Source of the DNA: an uncultured delta proteobacterium
GTDB lineage: Bacteria > Desulfobacterota > Desulfomonilia > UBA1062
Assembly: GCA_963785235.1 (NCBI GenBank)
Contig: CAWAUM010000003.1
Coordinates: forward strand, 160,001-224,000
Reading direction: 5' to 3'
DNA: 64,000 nucleotides
The notes under the pieces are model-generated. The model did not search any database, was not told the origin of the DNA, and saw only the letters and a list, made by a program, of their open reading frames with translations. Shown here piece after piece: positions 46,697 through 56,795 of the stretch. Positions within the stretch are counted from its first letter, which is position 1. Each line of letters starts with the position of its first letter. A program made the translations under genes and the position numbers.

Positions 46697-47453
46697 CCTA
46701 CAAACCCCTTGATGAGAGACCCTATGAGCAGGTTCCATCCATCCACAAGCACAAACAGCATGATCTTGAACGGCAATGAAATCATGACAGGCGGCAGCAT
46801 CATCATTCCCATGGACAACAGGATGGAGGAGACCACCATATCGATAATGAGGAAGGGTATGAACAGGACGAACCCGATCTGGAAGGAGGTCTTGAGTTCG
46901 CTTATCATGAATGCCGGGATCAATGCCCTGGTGGGCACTTCTTCCTTATTTTTGGGCTTGTCTTTCGTGATGAGACTCATGAAGAGCGACAGGTCGTTTT
47001 GCCTGGTCTGTTTGAACATGAATTCACGAAACGGCCCTTCTGCATTTTTTATTGCCTGGGCAAAGGTGATGTTTCCGTTCTTATAGGGGACAAGTGCCAG
47101 ATCATTGACCTTATCCAGGGTCGGGGACATGATAAAAAACGTCAAAAAAATGGCGAGCGCTGTAAGAACCTGCATGGGCGGCATCTGCTGTGTGCCCAGG
47201 GCCTGTCTGAGAAATCCCAGCACAACAACGATCCGGGTGAAGGCCGTCACCATGATCATAATGGAAGGGGCCAGCGCCAGGATCGTCAGGATAAACAGGA
47301 TCTGTATGGCGCCAACCACCTCTTCAGGGTTGGAGGCCTGCTTCACCCCGAGGTTCAGGCTGGGGATTGTCACGCCTTCGGCGGCATAGAGAAATGCCGG
47401 GAAGAAGAACAAGGCGCCAAGAGTGCAAACAAGGTGATGCGCTTTAGTTTCAT
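46693..47453 (-). CDS. fliP: Flagellar export protein FliP (indel in the signal region)
   Basis: LAPSI..TAFTRI, PAFMISELK, GMMMLPP, KIMLFVLVDGW; ATG 47453 overlaps fliO stop. Confidence 0.93.
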
Positions 47454-47827
47454 TGGGGTGCCCCCGTCTGCCCTGTTGCCTGTGATAAGGACTTTTCGAA
47501 GTCGCCTTCATCCATGTCCTTGAGCAGGCTTACCGTATTGGCAGTGACACCGATCAACAGGATCGACTTGCCCACCCTGATGAGCGCGAGATTCACCCTT
47601 GCGCCAAGGCTCACCTGGCCAAGTATGTCCAGTCCGAAGGACTTTTTCACCTTCGCCATGGGCCCATAGCGCTTTAAGGCCCATGCAAGGGCAAACAACA
47701 ATGCAATGACAAGCATGAGCGATAAAACAGCCCTCAAGCCAGTGGAGGCCATGCCCGACTCAGCCGCATGGAGAGGAAGGGAGAACAGGAGGAGGGCTGC
47801 GGCAAATGCAACGTTCACGAGGTTCAT
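47450..47827 (-). CDS. fliO: Flagellar protein FliO
   Basis: TM followed by LIRVGKSILLIGVT; lies between fliN and fliP. Confidence 0.82.
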   Translation of the reverse strand: MNLVNVAFAAALLLFSLPLHAAESGMASTGLRAVLSLMLVIALLFALAWALKRYGPMAKVKKSFGLDILGQVSLGARVNLALIRVGKSILLIGVTANTVSLLKDMDEGDFEKSLSQATGQTGAPQ

Positions 47828-48315
47828 GCCAGCCTCTTCACCCGCTCTAAGGGGCTCACGATATCCGTGATCCTTATGCCGAACTTTTCGTTTACCACGA
47901 CGACTTCGCCCCTGGCGATGAGCTTGTTGTTTACCAGGATGTCCAGAGGTTCTCCGGCCATCCTGTTCAGCTCGATAACCGAGCCCTGGCCGATCTGCAG
48001 GAGATCGTTGATGAGCATCCTGGTCCTGCCCATCTCCACGGTAACCTCAAGCGGTATATCCAGGATGAAGTCGAACTCTTTTGCCGGTCCGGCATGCCTT
48101 CCCTCTTCGAGTTCAGTGAAGTTGACCTTCTTGGCGCCCTTATCAAAGGGCTTTCCCTCTTCTATTTCTGCGCCTGATTCAAGGGCCTTGGCCCAATCCT
48201 CGGCAAGCTTGTCCTGATCGGGACCCTTGTCTTTTATTTCATCACCGCCTCCGCTCATAAGCTTGTCAATATCGTTCTGGTCAAGCCCGCCACCTGTCTT
48301 GTCATTTATGTCCAT
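47824..48315 (-). CDS. fliN: Motor switch protein FliN
   Basis: ILDIPLEVTVEMGR, GEVVVVNEKFGIRI. Confidence 0.95.
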   Translation of the reverse strand: MDINDKTGGGLDQNDIDKLMSGGGDEIKDKGPDQDKLAEDWAKALESGAEIEEGKPFDKGAKKVNFTELEEGRHAGPAKEFDFILDIPLEVTVEMGRTRMLINDLLQIGQGSVIELNRMAGEPLDILVNNKLIARGEVVVVNEKFGIRITDIVSPLERVKRLA

Positions 48316-48353
48316 TGCCTCCTCCTTAGATAGAGCTTTCTGTCGATGGTAGC

Positions 48354-49317
48354 TTAAATATCTATTGCGAGATTATCTTTTATCTTCCCGGGCCTGGCAT
48401 AGAACTTCGGCAGGTTCTGCACCTTCACCATCAGCGGGTCGTTTATATCCTTGTCCAGCACAATGACATTTCCGGGCTTGAGCGATGAGAGCTCCCTTGG
48501 TGATATCTGTGCCCTGCCAAGCTCAACGTCGATATCCACATATACCCCCAGAAGTTCAACCTTGAGCCGGTTGACCCATGCCCTGTCCACACTCATCTTC
48601 TCCTCGGAGTGGAAGGTTGCATAGAGTCTGTCCCGTATAGGCTCGATGAGCATGTAGGGCAGGCACACCATGATATTGCCTGTCATCTCGTCCATCTCCA
48701 GCTCGAACTGGGCCACCACGATTACATCCTCATTGGGGATGATACCTGCAAACTGGGGGTTCATCTCGGAGCGGACATAGGTTAATTCAAGTTCATAAAC
48801 CGGCTGCCAGGAACTGGCCAATTCCTTGATGGCCGCAGGTCACCACCTTGATGAGCATGCGCTGCTCGATGGCGGTAAACTCGCGGCCTTCCACCTTCAT
48901 GGTCCCTGCCCCTTTACCCCCGAAAAAGCTGTCAATGAGGCCGAATACGAGCTTGGCCTCAACAATGACCAGGGCATTTCCGCGCAGCGGCTCCACCCTG
49001 ATGACATGGATGCTCGACGGAACAGGCAACGACCGCATGAAGTTTCCGAACTTGATCGTATCAAGCGATACCGGCGTGATGTCCACCATCTTCCTGAGCA
49101 TGCTTGAGAGCGTATTCCGGAATAACCTGGCAAACCGGTCATGGATCGCGTCCAGCGAAGGCATACGGCCTCTGACGACCTTATCCTGCGCTGCAAAGTC
49201 AAAGCGGTCTATCTGGCCTTCATCCAGATAGGGTACGTCCATCTCGGTGGCGATATCTCCGCCTACAACCCCTTTTAATAGGGCATCAACCTCATCCTGG
49301 CTCAGGATCTGTCCCAT
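48354..49317 (-). CDS. fliM: Motor switch protein FliM (frameshift near 48835; 3' end uncertain)
   Basis: MGQILSQDEVDALL, GREFTAIE, EMNPQF, SpoA domain. Confidence 0.92.
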
Positions 49318-49326
49318 ACTACTTCC

Positions 49327-49875
49327 TCACTGGACTACGAATTCGGTAAAATACACCTGTGTTACCTGGCCGCCTGTGAGATACTTGTTCACTGCGGAAG
49401 CTATCTCCCGCTTGACCATCCTCTTTCCTGCCGTTGTGGATACATCGTCAAAGGTCTTGTTGGAGAGTATCATGAGGATCTCATCACGTATCTGGGGGAG
49501 TTTTTCCTGGATTTCACTCTCGGCTGCCGGATTATCCACCTCGAACTGCATCACGGCCTTGAGATATCTCTGGCCCTCGGCGTCTGCAAGATTGACGATG
49601 AAGGGGTCCAGCTGCTTCAGGTTCCCGGAGGCACCCTCCCCCTCCTTCCCGCCCTCTTTAGCTGCCTTTTCCTTGACCTGCTCCTTTTTCGTTTCCGTAC
49701 CGGGGTCTTCCTTGTCCGAGGACTTACCCTTGTGCCCGAAGAACACGAAATACCCGGCTGCCGCACCGCCCAGGACCAGAACAACAGCGAGCACGATAAT
49801 AATGAGCTTCATGGGCAGCTTTTTCTTTTCTGCCGGTGCCTGTTCTTTTTTCTCTTCCTTTTCCTCACCAGCCAT
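49327..49875 (-). CDS. fliL: Basal-body protein FliL
   Basis: TM, PFIVNLAD..RYLK, IRDEIL, VYFTEFVVQ. Confidence 0.93.
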   Translation of the reverse strand: MAGEEKEEKKEQAPAEKKKLPMKLIIIVLAVVLVLGGAAAGYFVFFGHKGKSSDKEDPGTETKKEQVKEKAAKEGGKEGEGASGNLKQLDPFIVNLADAEGQRYLKAVMQFEVDNPAAESEIQEKLPQIRDEILMILSNKTFDDVSTTAGKRMVKREIASAVNKYLTGGQVTQVYFTEFVVQ

Positions 49876-49884
49876 GCGGTCCCC

Positions 49885-50605
49885 CTATAAACGGTCTTTT
49901 AAAAGGATGATCTCCACCCGTCTGTTTCTGTCCCTTCCACCTTGTGTTTCATTGGTGGCAACCGGCCTCTTGGACCCGTACCCGGCAACGCAGACCCTTT
50001 CGGGGCTCAAGCCCTGATTATAAACAAAAAAATCTGCTATGCTTATGGCCCTTGACAGCGACAGCCTCCAGTTCGACTGCTCATTGCCGAGGTTGTCCGT
50101 ATGCCCTTCGATTGCGATGGTCACATCTATGCCTCTGACGGCATCAGCGACTCCCTTGAGCATCGGTTCAGCGTCTTTTTTCAGCTCTTTTGAACCCTTA
50201 TCGAACACGACCCCGTCAGGCACGGCGATGGCAAAACCCCGGTTTGTCTCCTTCACATCGCCCATATCAATGCCCCGGCCCGGGATATTCACGATGTTCT
50301 GCTTTTTCAGCGAGATCATCAGGCTCCTCTTCAGGCTTTCGACATTGAGCGCCATGATATTGGGTGCGGTCTTCACCACGGGTTGTGCTATCTTCACCTC
50401 ATGCTCCTGGGGGAATTCGAGTGGTCCGTTCACTGCGCTGAAAAACCCGAAAGAATCTTTCAGAGCCTTGCTGTCCATGGATGACATGGCTATGATCATG
50501 ACAAAGAATGTCAACAGCAGGGTTACCAGATCCGAAAAGGTAACCATCCAGCCTAAACGGTCGGGAAGCTTTACATACGTGACATTTTTATCTTTTGTAG
50601 GCCAT
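49885..50605 (-). CDS. motB: Stator protein MotB, second copy (indel near 50595)
   Basis: WMVTFSDLVTLLLTFFV, EGHTDN, NWRLSLSRA, NRRVEI. Confidence 0.85.
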
Positions 50606-51395
50606 TACTGCTCTTCCAGCTCAAGGCTGAACCCTTTATAGAATATGGAACGCAGCCACTCGCCACGGGTCTGCTTGAGCCCCTTGAGGTCTATATCCTC
50701 CGGGACCTCGCCCACAATGGTGATCTCCACACGCCTGTTCATCCTCCGGCCTTCTTCCGTGCTGTTGGTTGCAATGGGCCTGCTTGCACCCATGCCATAT
50801 ACGGACATGCGACTTCCCGGGATTCCCCTGGCCTCCAGAGAGGAAAGCACGGCCAATGCCCTGGCGCCGGACAGCCCCCAGTTTGAATAATAAGGCGGTG
50901 TCTCCATGGGTATGGAATCCGTGTGCCCTGTGATAATAATCCTGTTGTCTCCTGGCGAAAGGACCTTGGCTATGGCTGTGAGCACTCCTTGAGAGTCCTT
51001 GCTGGGCACATCGGTCTGCCCGGCAAAAAGGATGGGTGACTTTATGGTGATGGTCGCCCCGAGCTTTCCACCTGTCACACTGATCCCGCTGATGATCCCT
51101 GTGCTTGCAAGGGAGTTCTGGATGCCTTTCAGATCCATCCGGCCATTTTCTATTGGCGGCCTCTGGGGCAGGATGTTTCTGGACTCATCGGACGAAAAGG
51201 GGCTACGGCCGCCTGTGTAGGACCCCGAAGCTGCCCGAGATGGAACCGATGGCCATCTTCATCCGTTTATTATCCAGGATACTCATGGAGCTCAACGCTA
51301 CAAAGAAGGTTAATATGATGAGAAAGAGCGAGTCCATATAAAACAATCGTATTGTTCCTGGCCGGCTCTACATAGACAATCTTCTTCCTGGCCAT
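50605..51395 (-). CDS. MotB-like protein, first copy (frameshifted)
   Basis: TM DSLFLIILTFFVALSSMS; OmpA-like domain GHTDS, NWGLSGARA, NRRVEI. Confidence 0.78.
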
Positions 51396-51397
51396 TG

Positions 51398-52177
51398 CTA
51401 TTCACCACGCATGCGATTCACCACCGGCTCTCTATATACCGGGGCGAGAAATGAATGAAGCTTGCGTTCCACTATCCTGGGGTTGTCACCCGCCGATATG
51501 GCCATGATACCCTCGATGATCATCCCCTTCTCCATGACCTCCTCCTTCGAGCGCATGGTGAGCTTGCCTGCCATGGGCAGGGCAATCAGGTTTGCCATGA
51601 GTGCCCCATAAAAGGTCGTGATAATGGCAACGGCCATGGAGGGCCCGATGGACGAGGGATCGGACATGGACTGGAGCATCTGGACCAACCCGATGAGTGT
51701 CCCCACCATGCCCATGGCCGGGGCGTACATCCCGATGGAGTTGAGGATATCCGCGCCCCTGATGTGCCGCTGCTCGATGTGTTCAATCTCGGTCTCCAAG
51801 ATCTCGCGGATTGCCTGGGGTTCAAGGCCATCGATAACGAGCTCCAGGCCCTTCTTGAAAAACGGGTCGCGGAGTTCTTCAGCCGCGCTCTCAAGGACCA
51901 GTATCCCTTCGCGGCGGGCCTGTGAGGCAAAGTCAACGAATAAGGGGATCAACATATGGATCTCGCGGCGCTGGTTGAAAAAGACATTCCTGATAACGCC
52001 GAAGACGCCCACTACATCCTTCAAGGGGTAATTGATGAAGATGATACCGAAGGTGCCTCCTATGGTGATCATCACACTCGGGACATCCACGAAGAGTGTC
52101 AGGGGGCTCCCGGAAATGATCCCCATAAAGACCATGCTGAAAGCCACCAACACACCTATAATCGTTGCAAAATCCAT
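51398..52177 (-). CDS. motA: Stator protein MotA/PomA
   Basis: ARREGILVLE, APAMGMVGTLIGLVQML, IGPSMAVAIITTFYG, GDNPR. Confidence 0.93.
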   Translation of the reverse strand: MDFATIIGVLVAFSMVFMGIISGSPLTLFVDVPSVMITIGGTFGIIFINYPLKDVVGVFGVIRNVFFNQRREIHMLIPLFVDFASQARREGILVLESAAEELRDPFFKKGLELVIDGLEPQAIREILETEIEHIEQRHIRGADILNSIGMYAPAMGMVGTLIGLVQMLQSMSDPSSIGPSMAVAIITTFYGALMANLIALPMAGKLTMRSKEEVMEKGMIIEGIMAISAGDNPRIVERKLHSFLAPVYREPVVNRMRGE

Positions 52178-52221
52178 ACGAACCCCTTACTGCGTGCAAT
52201 CTGGAATACTGCCACCAGGAA

Positions 52222-52237
52222 AGCAAGGGGTGTGCCA
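52222..52237 (-). promoter_or_regulatory. Sigma-54 -24/-12 promoter for motA-fliR
   Basis: TGGCAC-ACCCC-TTGCT, full consensus. Confidence 0.85.
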
Positions 52238-52315
52238 CAGGGTAAGATATGTTATATTCTGTTTTATTTCAATTGGTTATATAATTCGACTGAAAGAGAG
52301 ATCATTGATGAGTGG

Positions 52316-52329
52316 GTCAGATAATTGAC
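52316..52329. promoter_or_regulatory. Putative enhancer-binding-protein site
   Basis: Palindrome GTCA-GATAAT-TGAC about 80 bp upstream of the -24 box. Confidence 0.5.
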
Positions 52330-52372
52330 GCCTTCGGATAGCCGGGGGTAAGAAGCCCGGCTACCCGAAGGC
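52330..52372 (-). terminator. Strong hairpin downstream of flgE
   Basis: 17-bp stem GCCTTCGGGTAGCCGGG/CCCGGCTATCCGAAGGC; no clear U tail. Confidence 0.6.
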
Positions 52373-52384
52373 CAGATTCATGTA

Positions 52385-53897
52385 TTAGCGCTTGAGGTTG
52401 ATAAGCTCCTGGAGCATGTTATCCACCGAGGTGATAATCCTTGAGTTGGCCTGGAATCCGCGCTCCGTGGTGATCATCTTCACGAACTCAGCGGCAATGT
52501 CCACATTGGACTGTTCCAGGGAGTTGGACGATACCCTGCCAAGGCCGTTCTCTCCGGGATGGCCGGTTATGGCATCGCCCGAATCACGGGTGGCGGACCA
52601 GAGGTTGCCGCCGACCTTGGACAGTGCCTGCTGGTTGTTGAACTTGGCAAGACCCACCCGGAAGAGGTTCAGGATCTGGCCGTTGGAGTAATGGCCCACC
52701 ATGACGCCGTCGGTGCCCACGGAGATGTTCTCCAGAAAGCCCGTACCGTACCCGTCCTGGGTCTGGTAGATGGTTGTGGATGAGGATGCGTACTGGGTGG
52801 AGGTCAGCGCCTCGGGCTGCCAGGCCGATGAAGGGAGCAGGGCTGCGGGAGCGATGTCCGCAACCGTGGTTGCGCCGCCAGCCGTCCATGCACCGGTTGT
52901 ACTCCGGGATCCGAACTCGCCTGCAATCGTCTGGGTGACCCCTGCGACGAATTCTGCAGAGAATTCGGGATAGCCGGTGGATGAGAAGGTGGTCGCCCTG
53001 GTCCAGTTGGCCTCAAGCGCAGGGTCGCCTGCCCCGGCGTATATGAACCCGGTCTGTGAGGCCAATGCGCCGCTTGTGGCGTTATAGGTAAGGCTCCCCC
53101 TCATGAGAATCCCCTTGGCTTCGGAGGCGGCAAAGGCTGTCCGGAGATCGTCATCGGGATTACAGGTCACGATATACTCCCAGGAATTGTTCAGATCCAC
53201 CGAACCGTCATTATACTCACTGGTAGCATCCATCTTGTCGTAATAAACAGTGACATCATGCGATTTGCCCTGTGCGTCATATACCCTGATGGAGGTCTGA
53301 TATCCGTAGGACGCATCCCCGATGGGTCCGGCCGCATCAGTTGCATTCCATGTATCGAAGATACTTGCCACATTCGAGGTGTCCTGGCTGTTGAGGTTTG
53401 TAATGGCGGTAATGGTGTTGGTTGCTTCAGGAGGAGATGTGAAGGCGCTCAACACATACCGGCTGCAGCGTGCCCACATCGTTCCCGTCGGCGTCCAGCG
53501 CCCACCCCCGGGCCACATACCCTTCGGGGTTGATGAAGTAGCCGTCCGAGTCGAACCGGAACTGGCCGGCCCTGGTGTAGTACTGCGTCTCCTCGGTCGT
53601 GGGCGATACGATAAAGAAACCCTGCCCGCCGATGGCCAGGTCTGTGGCATTGGACGTGGATTCGAAGGAGCCCTGCTGGAACAAGGTGTCAATGGAGCTC
53701 AGTGCGGCGCCACGGCCGATCTGGGATGTGCCCGAGGCCGTTGCCACGGACTGGGCAAGGACATCCTGGAATGTAGTCCTGCTGGACTTGTAGCCGATGG
53801 TGTTCACGTTGGCGATGTTGTCGCCGATGACACTCATGGCATTGCCATTGGTGGAAAGACCACTGATCCCTGAAAACAGTGCACTGGATATACTCAT
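52385..53897 (-). CDS. flgE: Flagellar hook protein FlgE (frameshift near 53460)
   Basis: IGDNIANVNTIGYK, DLAIGGQGFF, YTRAGQF, LEQSNVD, RGFQANSRII. Confidence 0.93.
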
Positions 53898-53917
53898 TTG
53901 CGTCTCCTTTTTTTATC

Positions 53918-54593
53918 TTAGTTAGATATATTGTTTACATCAGCGAGCGATACTTCCTTGTCGCCGATTTCCAGGTATATGTTCCCACTGTCGTACCTCA
54001 CGCCGGTAACCAATCCCTTGGCATAGGATGTGGTGGCAATTGCCTTTCCATCATAGCCTGTTGCCTCGATGTGAATAGTGGTACTTACCGTTGCTTACGG
54101 TTTGACCATCATCTGCTTTGCCGTCCCAGGTGCATGCCATATTGCCCTTGGGGACATTTTTCGTAACAATGCTCCGTACCGGGGAACCCTCTGAGTTGTA
54201 CAGGGTTACCTTGACCTGAGCTGCCCTGTCTTCCAGGGTGATATTCAGATTTGCAGGCTGTCCGGAAAACTGGATGGTGTTCCCTACAGCTTCCACATTC
54301 TTGCCGATAAAGGCCACGGCCTGCATGTTGTTTACAGAGGTCTGAAGCGTGCTCATCTTGTCCATGCTCTTCTTCATTTCCGTCATTGTCTCCAGCTGGG
54401 AAAACTGGGCGAGCTGGGCAGTGAAATCGGTGTTCTTTACCGGATCCAAGGGGTCCTGGTACTGGAGCTGCTTCACCAGCAGGGTGAGGAACATGTTCTT
54501 CTGCTCCGAGATCTTGTCCTTCACTGCGTTCTTGGATGTAGAATCCCCTGCCGACTGAGTCGCCAAGATATTATCCAATCCGATTGTTGCCAT
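53918..54593 (-). CDS. flgD: Hook capping protein FlgD (frameshift near 54075)
   Basis: FLTLLVKQLQYQDPLDP, AQLAQFSQLE, WDGK; shifted frame ends at TAA 53918. Confidence 0.9.
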
Positions 54594-54614
54594 TATCCTT
54601 CTCCTTTCAAACCG

Positions 54615-56582
54615 CTAGGCAAAAATATCGAGCCCGCCATTGTCGGCATACCCGTTCAGGGAACCATAGGTATGGCCGTACTCGTCATGTTCCTTACTGG
54701 GAGATCCTGTCCCACGTTCATCACCCTGCCGGGAAGAACCGCCTTTGCCCTGCTCATAACCCATCCACGCCGCTTGGGCCTCGCGGTGGTCGCGTGAATT
54801 GAAGGTGTCGGTAGTGACCACGAACTGCGCTGCCTTGATGCCCTGTTCACCCAGGGCATCCTTCAACAGGTGCATGTTCTGCTGGAGTATGTCGCGGGTT
54901 ATGGGCTGGTCGGCCTTGAAAGAGGCCATGATCCGGCCGTCCTGCATACGGATGTCCACATCCACCCTTCCGAGCATGGGGGGGTTGAGCTTCAGGGTCA
55001 TGGAGCCATCACCGGCCTTCATGCCGGCAGGAAAAACCTGCTTGATCTGATCTATAACCCGTTGGGTATAGTTGTCCTGGGCCATTCCCGGATTATTTCC
55101 CACTGCCTTGGCAAGGCCTTGCAGGACATGCTTGTCAAAGATAGCCGGTTGGGCAATAAGTGCCGGATCCTGGTTGAAGGTCTTGAACACATTTTCTATT
55201 TTAACGAATTCATCTTTGGACAGGGCGCCTTTCAGCAGCCCGAGCGACTCTGTAACCTGTTTCGGCAGGTCCTTGCCGGCACTGGCCTTCAGAAACTCGC
55301 TGATCTGTGTAGTGGCGTCATCGAGTGCCGCATTACGCACCTGAGGGTCTGAGGAGAAGAAGATATCCTTTAGCGTTTTCTTGGGAATATTCAGGGTCTG
55401 CTCCAGCACATCTACGGCCTGAAGGATACCCGGCATGGCCGTCGTTGAAGCCTGTACCTGAGAGGATTGTTCAGACTGGGCTTTGAGCATCTGAGTGAAT
55501 AAGGGAGTTTCCTTATTGACCGGCTGGGTTTCAGCGGTTCTTAGAAATTCTGCTACTGACTCCATAATCTCTGCGGAGGCCTGGGTGATCTCTTTTATAT
55601 TTACCTGGGGAATCCCCTTGTGGGTACCGATCCGGGCTGCTATGGCGTGAGCTGTGTCCTGTCCTGCTGCGGCCTGTTCGATCATCTTGTCCATGTCAGG
55701 GGCATTGCCGCCCGGCTGTTCTCCGAGCTGTAACGATCGTATCTGGGCAAGCTTGGCCTTGAGGTCCGACACCACTTCCGGGTCTGCCATGAACTGTGGG
55801 ATGTCGGCATCCTTGATCCCCATGGCTGCAAGGATTGCCTTCAAGTCTTCATCAGATATCTCTGCACCCGCTCCTTGAAGGAACGATTTGGCATCTGAAT
55901 TATTCTTGGTGAAAACAGCATCTGCGAGCTGGGCCTTGAGGTCTGCCAGGCGCGTCTGATCTTCCATGAGCTTCTTGATGTCCGCATCCTTGGTCCCGAT
56001 AGATGCCAGGATCGCCTTCAGGTCTTCATCAGATATCTCTGCACCCTTGCCTTGCAGCAAAGCGTTGATCCCTGCATGAACCTTTGTTGAAACAGTCTGG
56101 GCAAGCTGCGACTTGAGGCCGGCTACCAGATTGGGATCTGCCATGAGCTGGGCAATGTCTGCGCCCTTGATCCCTATAGCGGCCAGGATTGACTTTAATC
56201 CTTCATCAGATACCTCGGCGCTGCCCGACAGGAGTGCCTTTACATCAGCTTTATTCAGGCCCATGGATTGAAGGGCGCAAAGGTACTGCTGAACTTGAGT
56301 TGCCTGGGGGTTTTCAAGAAGCCCCTTTCTATCATCATCCGTGGGGCATCGTTCTGCCTTGACCTTTTCTTTTATCGGCTTGTCTGCAATCGGCGTGTCT
56401 GTGATGGGCTTGCCTGCAATCAGCTTGTCTGTGATCGGCTTGTCCGCCCCTGGCGCTTCTGCAAGGGCGCAATGGAGCTGCTCGTCGAACCCTGTCTTGG
56501 GACTGTCGTGGCCCGTGGCCCTGTGCATGAGGTCCACTGCTCCTTTGGCAATTCCCATGAGTGCGGTTAAGGGTGACTGCAT
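54615..56582 (-). CDS. fliK: Hook-length control protein FliK with internal repeats
   Basis: C-terminal LKLNPPMLGRVDVDI..LKDALGEQGI; upstream of flgD; GGAGG before ATG 56582. Confidence 0.85.
   Translation of the reverse strand: MQSPLTALMGIAKGAVDLMHRATGHDSPKTGFDEQLHCALAEAPGADKPITDKLIAGKPITDTPIADKPIKEKVKAERCPTDDDRKGLLENPQATQVQQYLCALQSMGLNKADVKALLSGSAEVSDEGLKSILAAIGIKGADIAQLMADPNLVAGLKSQLAQTVSTKVHAGINALLQGKGAEISDEDLKAILASIGTKDADIKKLMEDQTRLADLKAQLADAVFTKNNSDAKSFLQGAGAEISDEDLKAILAAMGIKDADIPQFMADPEVVSDLKAKLAQIRSLQLGEQPGGNAPDMDKMIEQAAAGQDTAHAIAARIGTHKGIPQVNIKEITQASAEIMESVAEFLRTAETQPVNKETPLFTQMLKAQSEQSSQVQASTTAMPGILQAVDVLEQTLNIPKKTLKDIFFSSDPQVRNAALDDATTQISEFLKASAGKDLPKQVTESLGLLKGALSKDEFVKIENVFKTFNQDPALIAQPAIFDKHVLQGLAKAVGNNPGMAQDNYTQRVIDQIKQVFPAGMKAGDGSMTLKLNPPMLGRVDVDIRMQDGRIMASFKADQPITRDILQQNMHLLKDALGEQGIKAAQFVVTTDTFNSRDHREAQAAWMGYEQGKGGSSRQGDERGTGSPSKEHDEYGHTYGSLNGYADNGGLDIFA
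55745..56275 (-). repeat. Three 177-bp (59-aa) tandem repeats in fliK
   Basis: AE(V/I)SDE(G/D)LK(S/A)ILA recurs at 177-nt spacing (56208, 56031, 55854). Confidence 0.85.
56374..56448 (-). repeat. Five 15-bp tandem repeats (DKPIT-like pentapeptide) in fliK
   Basis: DKPIT DKLIA GKPIT DTPIA DKPIK. Confidence 0.85.
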
Positions 56583-56617
56583 TATCGCCTCCATATAAAG
56601 TCTTTGCCGAGACTATC

Positions 56618-56633
56618 AGCAACCATAGTGCCA
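56618..56633 (-). promoter_or_regulatory. Sigma-54 -24/-12 promoter for fliK-flgD-flgE
   Basis: TGGCAC-TATGG-TTGCT, full consensus. Confidence 0.85.
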
Positions 56634-56736
56634 AGGTGCTCCAGAGCATGGATCCGCCTCATTCATGGATATGACGCACCTATGGCGGATAGGTAAATAT
56701 TCACCGCAGGGGAGCAAATGTTGCCTGATTGCCGGA

Positions 56737-56775
56737 ATAAAAAAGGGTATAGGGGGCAAACCTAGTGCCTGCCCC
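56737..56775 (-). terminator. Probable terminator of the CoADR gene
   Basis: GGGGCAGGC-ACTAG-GTTTGCCCC followed shortly by CCCTTTTTT. Confidence 0.5.
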
Positions 56776-56795
56776 GTTGCAAATCTAAAGAAATC

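Noticed and set aside
48326-50605. Premature stops in fliM and motB as recoding sites
   Set aside because: They are TAA/TGA reached after a frame change, not at Cys positions, and have no SECIS
56640-56790. c-di-GMP riboswitch upstream of fliK (GGCAAACC)
   Set aside because: Wrong strand, lacks the GAAA tetraloop/receptor and P2, and is explained as a terminator hairpin
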